Source: Planctomycetota bacterium
Lineage (GTDB): Bacteria; Planctomycetota; UBA11346
DNA length: 10,906 nucleotides
Reading direction: 5' to 3'
NCBI GenBank assembly: GCA_038231435.1
Contig: JBBRLJ010000072.1
Coordinates: forward strand, 1 to 10,906
This document shows positions 6,316-10,906 of this stretch, in pieces (the first letter of the stretch is position 1; each line of letters starts with the position of its first letter). The translations under genes were made by a program, and so were the position numbers. Under the pieces are notes generated by a model. It saw only the letters and a program-made list of their open reading frames with translations. It was not told the origin of the DNA and made no database searches.

Positions 6316-7056
6316 ATGGCGAGACGACACCTCGACGGCGACGGCAGGCGGGCACGGCTGGGCATCGTGGTGCCGAGCGTCAACACGGTGATGGAGCCGT
6401 GGGCGCAGAGGATCGTGCCGGAGGGCGTGAGCATTTTCGTATCGCGCATGTTCATCCCGCCGGCCACCACGCCGGACGCGTTCATCGAGATGGACCGCAA
6501 CGAGGGCAAGGCGGCGATCCGGCAGCTCTCGAGCGTCTTCCCCGACGCCATCGCCTACGGCTGCACCGCCTCATCTATCGTGCAGGGGCTGGCCTACGAC
6601 GCCCGTCTTCGTGCCGAGATCGAGGAGACCTGCAAGGCACCCGCCACGACCGCGGCACATGCGATCCTGAGCGCCGCCAGGATCTTGGGAGCGACGGCCG
6701 TCAGCATCGTGTCGCCCTACACGAAGGAGGTCGACGAAGCCGAGCATCGCTACTTCGAAGGCGCGGGCCTCACGGTCGTCGGCGGCGCCTGCCTCGGCAT
6801 CGACGACGGGTTCCGGCTCGCCGAACCTGAGCCCGACGCGCTGTTCGAGCTGGGCGTGCGCGGCTTCGATCCGCGGGCCGAAGCGCTCATCATGACCTGC
6901 CTCAACACGCGCTCGCACACCGTCATCGCCCGGCTCGAGGAAAGGCTCGGCAAGCCGGTGATCAGTTCGACCCAGGCGACGCTGTGGCATGCCCTGCGAC
7001 TCGCCGGCATCGACGACCGCATCGCGGGCTACGGCGTGCTTCTCGAAGCGCACTGA
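6316..7056 (+). CDS. Maleate cis-trans isomerase / Asp-Glu-hydantoin racemase superfamily (arylmalonate decarboxylase-like fold), 246 aa
   Basis: Motifs are RLGIVVPSVNTVME, YGCTASS (Cys 1), SPY, MTCLN (Cys 2) and LGKPVISSTQA.LW.ALRLAG. An SD-like AGGA (6305-6308) precedes ATG 6316. Confidence 0.85.
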   Translation: MARRHLDGDGRRARLGIVVPSVNTVMEPWAQRIVPEGVSIFVSRMFIPPATTPDAFIEMDRNEGKAAIRQLSSVFPDAIAYGCTASSIVQGLAYDARLRAEIEETCKAPATTAAHAILSAARILGATAVSIVSPYTKEVDEAEHRYFEGAGLTVVGGACLGIDDGFRLAEPEPDALFELGVRGFDPRAEALIMTCLNTRSHTVIARLEERLGKPVISSTQATLWHALRLAGIDDRIAGYGVLLEAH

Positions 7057-7062
7057 TGAAGG

Positions 7063-8535
7063 TCAGGGGAAACTGACGTCGCCGTAGGGATAGAAGTTCT
7101 TCACGTCGACATTCCGGTAGGGCAGCGCGTCGAGCCGCACCGTGCCGAGGAACGGCTGCTCGGGCTCGACCAGCAGGATCGTCTTGGCGAAACCCGAATC
7201 GTCGAAGCCGCGGCGGAAGTGCACACGCGACTTGATGGCGAAGACCTTGAACTGCTCGATAGGGAAGTTCAGCGCCGTCGGGTCCATGATCTGCGTCAGG
7301 TACTCGCTCAACAGCACGATGTTGCCGCGCCCGAACGCGACGCCGACCCAGAGCAGGCCTCCGGCCTCGACCACACTGGCGATCCTGCCCTGCACGCGCA
7401 CCGGCGCGCCGGCCGATTCGTCGGCCCGGCCGCCTACCGCCATGTCGAAGGCATCGCCGGCCTTCAGGCCCCTGGCCTTCACCGTTTCGGTGGCCTGGCG
7501 GTCGGCGATGGTGGCGATCAGGACGTCCGACAGATCCTGCTCGATCACCTGCTGCAGCACCCAGGTCGCCGAGCCCGAGCGGTCGCTGTGGTCGGCCAGC
7601 ACGACCGGAAACGCGCCGCGCGCCACCGCCTCCCTGGCAAGCCGCACGCCTTCGGCAATCGGATGGACCTTGGCGGTCCCGAGCAGCTCCTTGCGACGGC
7701 GCCACGCCCCGGCGGCCATGTCGTCGGCGACCTTGCGTGCGAGCTCGGGCTTGCCGTTGCTCATCGCCTCGATCGTCATGCCGACATCGGGCACATCGGC
7801 GAAGGGAAAGCCGAAGAACACGTTGACGTAGACGTCCGGCTCACGGGCTTCCCAGGTCAGCGCGCGCTGCACCAGGTCCATCCATGGCGAGGCGCCAGTC
7901 CATTGCAGCACCGTGGCGGTGAGGATCGGCACCTTCACCGTCACGGTCGCGGGCTTGTAGTCGCCGCGAATGGCGCGGATCAGCATGCGCGCCGCGCGCT
8001 CGCCCTGCAGGCGGCTGTCGTAGTGCGGGAAGTACTTCACGCAGAATGCCATGTCGGCGGCAGCGAGGAACTCCTCGTCCTCGTTGCCGTGCGGATCGAA
8101 GGTGCCGACGATGAAGGCCGTGCGTCCGACCACGGCGCGGACCCGCCGCGCGATGTCGGCCTCGGGCTTGGCCACGCCGCGCACGCCCATCGCGCCGTGC
8201 AGGGCGAGATAGACGCCGTCCCATGTCCCGCCGGCCTGGAGCTCGGCGATCATGCAGCCGAGGAAGGTCTCGTAGGCCTCCGTCGTGATCCAGCCCGAGC
8301 CGGTGCCTGTCCGGGGCCACAGCGGCGATTCGATGCCGACCAGCTCGACGCCGTCATGCTCGCGCGCCACCTTCACGAAGCCGCCCATGTACGATCGCGG
8401 CTCCCAGGCGAGCAGCGCCTCGCCCCTGGCCGGCGAGCCCGGATAGATGAAGTCGGCGAGCGTGGTATCGTTGGGCAAGAACGTCACCGTCTCGTGGGCG
8501 AAATTCAGGACGGCGATGCGGATCGGCTGGGTCAT
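7063..8535 (-). CDS. M81-family metallopeptidase (MlrC-like, DUF1485 + MlrC C-terminal domain), ~490 aa
   Basis: Motifs are RIAV..FAHET.TF, LALHGAM, FDPHGN, KYFPHYD, FFGFPFADVPDVG and KSRVHFRRGF. The start is placed at ATG 8535. TTG 8544 is an alternative. Confidence 0.88.
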   Translation of the reverse strand: MTQPIRIAVLNFAHETVTFLPNDTTLADFIYPGSPARGEALLAWEPRSYMGGFVKVAREHDGVELVGIESPLWPRTGTGSGWITTEAYETFLGCMIAELQAGGTWDGVYLALHGAMGVRGVAKPEADIARRVRAVVGRTAFIVGTFDPHGNEDEEFLAAADMAFCVKYFPHYDSRLQGERAARMLIRAIRGDYKPATVTVKVPILTATVLQWTGASPWMDLVQRALTWEAREPDVYVNVFFGFPFADVPDVGMTIEAMSNGKPELARKVADDMAAGAWRRRKELLGTAKVHPIAEGVRLAREAVARGAFPVVLADHSDRSGSATWVLQQVIEQDLSDVLIATIADRQATETVKARGLKAGDAFDMAVGGRADESAGAPVRVQGRIASVVEAGGLLWVGVAFGRGNIVLLSEYLTQIMDPTALNFPIEQFKVFAIKSRVHFRRGFDDSGFAKTILLVEPEQPFLGTVRLDALPYRNVDVKNFYPYGDVSFP

Positions 8536-8565
8536 GACAAGCAAGAGTTACCCGGGAGGGGACCA

Positions 8566-9672
8566 ATGGCAAACCGCGTCATCGACGCAGACGGTCACAT
8601 CTGCGAGCCGCCCGCGGTATGGAACGAATATATCGAGAAGAAGCATCGCGCCGACGCGATCCGGGTCGAGGGCGACGCCGACGGGCGCGACTGGATCTCG
8701 ATCAACGGCCGCACGCGCCGCAACCTCCGCCCGGCCGCCGCCTGTCTGCCGGGGGGCATGGACGATCCGGCCAAGGTGCCGAGCTGGGACGACATCCTGC
8801 CCGGCTCCTACGATGGCGGCGCGCGCGCCACGGTGCTGGAGGAAGAAGGCATCGAAAGCTCCCTCCTCTATCCCTCTCTCTACCTGATCGCCGGCGACAT
8901 CGAGGACCCCGCTGTCGCCGCCGCCTGCTGCCACGGCTACAACGAATGGATCGCCGACATGTGCCGCGACGGCCGCGGCAAGCTCGCCGCCGTCGGCATC
9001 GTGCCGCTGCAGGACGTCGATGCGGCGGCGCGCGAGGTCGAGCACATCGCCCGGCTCGGCCTGAAAGGCGCCTGCTTCCGGCCCGAGCGCTACAATGGCC
9101 TGGCGCTGTACGACGATTCGCTGAAGCCGTTCTGGGAACGGGTGGCGGGCAACGGCCTGTTCGCCGCCGTGCACGGCAGCTTCGGCGCGCTGATGCCGTC
9201 GTTCGCCACCGGGCGCTACGACAATCTCTTCTTCAGCCACATGATATGCCATCCGTTCGAGCAGATGGCGGCGATGCTCGACATCGTGGCCGGCGGTGTG
9301 CTCGAGCGCCATCCGAGCCTGCGCGTCGCCTTCCTCGAGTCGGGGCTGGGCTGGCTGGAGTACTGGCTCGACCGGCTCGACGGCCATTTCCACTCGATGC
9401 GCCAGCACGTGCCGTGGATGAAGCGAAAGCCCAGCGAGCTGTTCGCCGAGCAGTGCTTCATCTCCATCGAGTCGGACGAGGCCCATCGCCTGCCGCGCCT
9501 CAAGCAACTCGGCATCGACGGCTGCGTGTTCTGGGGCGCCGACTATCCCCACTACGACTGCACCTATCCCGGCGCCGTCAGCGACCTCGAGGCGCATCTC
9601 GCGCCGCTCGACGAAGCGCTGGCCGACGGTGTGCGCTGGCGCACCGCCGAGCGGTTCCTCGGACCAGGTTAG
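8566..9672 (+). CDS. Amidohydrolase_2 family metal-dependent hydrolase/decarboxylase, 368 aa
   Basis: Motifs are VIDADGHICEP, YNEWIAD, AVHG, GGVLERHPSLRVAFLESGLGW and GADYPHYD. A strong SD GGGAGG lies 6 nt before ATG 8566. The 7219-8565 portion of the listed ORF is an antisense shadow of the M81 gene. Confidence 0.9.
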   Translation: MANRVIDADGHICEPPAVWNEYIEKKHRADAIRVEGDADGRDWISINGRTRRNLRPAAACLPGGMDDPAKVPSWDDILPGSYDGGARATVLEEEGIESSLLYPSLYLIAGDIEDPAVAAACCHGYNEWIADMCRDGRGKLAAVGIVPLQDVDAAAREVEHIARLGLKGACFRPERYNGLALYDDSLKPFWERVAGNGLFAAVHGSFGALMPSFATGRYDNLFFSHMICHPFEQMAAMLDIVAGGVLERHPSLRVAFLESGLGWLEYWLDRLDGHFHSMRQHVPWMKRKPSELFAEQCFISIESDEAHRLPRLKQLGIDGCVFWGADYPHYDCTYPGAVSDLEAHLAPLDEALADGVRWRTAERFLGPG

Positions 9673-9682
9673 AGCTTTCTTC

Positions 9683-9728
9683 GCTCTTGCCGGAGCGCGG
9701 CCTCCCGACCCGCGCTCCCGGCAAGAGC
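9683..9728. repeat. Long GC-rich inverted repeat (18-bp stem, 1-nt bulge, 9-nt loop) just after the amidohydrolase stop
   Basis: GCTCTTGCCGGAGCGCGG (9683-9700) pairs with CCGCGCTCCCGGCAAGAGC (9710-9728). There is no downstream U-tract on either strand, so it is not a classic intrinsic terminator. Confidence 0.85.
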
Positions 9729-9747
9729 ATGAGGACGCGGTTCTTGT

Positions 9748-10065
9748 CGCTGCCACCGGCTGCCAGCAGTCGTGGCAGTGCTTCGGTGCAGCAGGGCCGG
9801 CATTTTCCGGCATTCCTGCCACTCTGCCCGCACCCCCTCTCCCGTCGGCGAAAATTCGCGATCCCGCAAGCCCGCAAGCACGCGCAGTCGCGGCAAGGGT
9901 GGGCCGGAGGCCAATGCGGCGCAGGGCGGGCATCGTCATGGAGTCCACATTGCACCCGCTGGCGCGAGACACCTATTACCGGCAATGGCGGCGAAAATTC
10001 GAGGGGAGAATCAAGGCGCGCCGACCCGTCCATTGCCCGTAATGCGCCTCTACGCGGGTGGTAAT
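9748..10065 (+). ncRNA. Candidate structured non-coding RNA or REP/MITE-like element (unassigned)
   Basis: Consecutive hand-folded stems lie at 9748-9780, 9817-9932 and 9953-10060, with G-U pairs that favour the + strand. A 13-nt motif is repeated. No known RNA family was recognised. Confidence 0.3.
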
Positions 10066-10132
10066 CCACAGGCTCGAGGCGCGCGCCTGCTCGGCGCCGG
10101 CAGACCGCGCGACGGCGAGAATTGAGGCCTCT

Positions 10133-10906
10133 TCAGCGCCGCTCGGAGACGAAGAAATAGTCGCTGTCGATCTGGGCCACGCGCCGGATGCCGTGGCGCG
10201 CCATCAAATCGGTGATGAAGGGCAGGCGCTTGGCGAGGAGCTCCTCGGTGGCGCTCCAGATCTCGATCTGCAGGACGCAATGGTTCCGCGAGAGCAGGCC
10301 CACCATGCCCTCGAGCGCAGCCAGCTCGTGGCTCTCGACGTCCATCTTCATCACCAGCAGCTTGCCGTCGAGATCGAGCTCCTTGTCGAGGCGCACGGAG
10401 CGGCAGCTCGCCTGGGTCACCTCGCCTTCCTCGGCCAGGCGGGTGCCGCCGCGATTGCGCTGGGTGCGCAGGGTCAGGCCAAAGGTCGCCTCACGGTCGG
10501 ACGCGGCGAGCTGGCGGGCATCGATCGCGCCCGCGGCCTCGTTCAGGAACAGGTTGGCCTGGAGCTGCGCGTAGTTCGTCGGGTCGGGCTCGAACGCGAC
10601 GATGCGGCCGAAATGCCCCGTCTTGTGGGCCAGCAGCGAATAGAGGCCCCAGTGTGCGCCGACGTCGAGGAAAACCGCTTCGCCGGCGTGATGCTTCCTC
10701 TCCTCGTCGAACAGGCCGAACAGCTTCTCTACGCACAACGGCTCCCAGGCGCCGGACAGGAAGATCTGCCGATCGACTGCGTTGCCCTGATCGAGCAGCA
10801 GGTCGAGGTCGAGGCGACGCTCGAGCGAGAAACGGCCGTGGACCAGCCGCGCCCAGGCCAGTAGCACGAGGCGGAACAGCCCCCGCAGCAGCGGGATGCG
10901 GGCGAC
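10133..10906 (-). CDS. FkbM-family SAM-dependent methyltransferase (5'-truncated by window edge)
   Basis: Motifs are GAWEP, VFLDVGAHWGLYSL (SAM motif I), IVAFEP..NYAQLQANL.LN, VRLD and MKMDVESHE. The frame stays open from 10867 to the window end (VARIPLLRGLFRLV...). Confidence 0.9.
   Translation of the reverse strand, partial: VARIPLLRGLFRLVLLAWARLVHGRFSLERRLDLDLLLDQGNAVDRQIFLSGAWEPLCVEKLFGLFDEERKHHAGEAVFLDVGAHWGLYSLLAHKTGHFGRIVAFEPDPTNYAQLQANLFLNEAAGAIDARQLAASDREATFGLTLRTQRNRGGTRLAEEGEVTQASCRSVRLDKELDLDGKLLVMKMDVESHELAALEGMVGLLSRNHCVLQIEIWSATEELLAKRLPFITDLMARHGIRRVAQIDSDYFFVSERR

Noticed and set aside
5818..6330. Apparent 171-aa N-terminal extension or VOC-monooxygenase fusion
   Set aside because: The extension is an off-frame reading of the VOC gene, which has its own SD, start and stop.
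4426..6830. 551-aa and 321-aa + strand ORFs
   Set aside because: They are antisense or off-frame shadows of the monooxygenase, VOC and isomerase genes.
7063..8535. Microcystin-degradation (mlr) cluster
   Set aside because: Only an MlrC-family homolog is present. The family is widespread, and mlrA/B/D are absent from the window.
7219..8565. 449-aa N-terminal extension of the amidohydrolase (817-aa ORF)
   Set aside because: It is antisense to the M81 peptidase. The strong SD and the DADGH motif fix the start at 8566.
9938..10042. Small ORF MESTLHPLARDTYYRQWRRKFEG..., faintly like the IS3-family OrfA 'TYYRWRRKF' helix
   Set aside because: It is only 34 aa, needs an insertion to align, and has no clear SD or other IS3 remnants or inverted repeats. 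The RRKF comes from the repeated 13-nt motif. It cannot be supported without a search.
9729..10064. 111-aa + strand ORF starting at ATG 9729
   Set aside because: It has atypical codon usage compared with neighbouring genes and no recognisable domain. Its upstream region is buried in the 18-bp hairpin.
9673..10132. Possible known RNA (RNase P, tmRNA, SRP, 6S, cobalamin riboswitch) or CRISPR array
   Set aside because: No hallmark sequences were recognised by eye (e.g. no GAGGAAAGTCC, no tRNA-like ends, no B12 box). The repeats are too short and too widely spaced for CRISPR, and no cas genes are present.

Overview
This is a high-GC window, probably from an alphaproteobacterium (inferred from promoter style and gene content). 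It holds eight chromosomal genes and one intact IS1182-family insertion sequence. In order: a 5'-truncated 3-hydroxyacyl-CoA dehydrogenase-family gene (+); an RhlE-like DEAD-box RNA helicase with a sigma70-type promoter and a long structured 5' leader (-); the IS (2623-4293, 16-bp terminal inverted repeats, AGT duplication); a VOC/glyoxalase gene followed by an EthA/AlmA-like flavin monooxygenase (-); a two-cysteine maleate-isomerase/racemase-family gene (+); an MlrC/M81 metallopeptidase (-); an amidohydrolase_2 gene (+); a 460-bp structured intergenic region between convergent genes; and a 5'-truncated FkbM methyltransferase (-). Four observations stand out. (1) The IS inserted into a stem-loop that re-forms when the element is removed. 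(2) An 8-nt copy of the empty target site lies inside the IS right non-coding end. (3) The 9673-10132 region is an unexplained multi-hairpin ncRNA or repeat candidate. (4) Five catabolic-type enzymes of unknown substrate are packed with very short spacers. All family assignments come from motif recognition by eye, and no searches were run.
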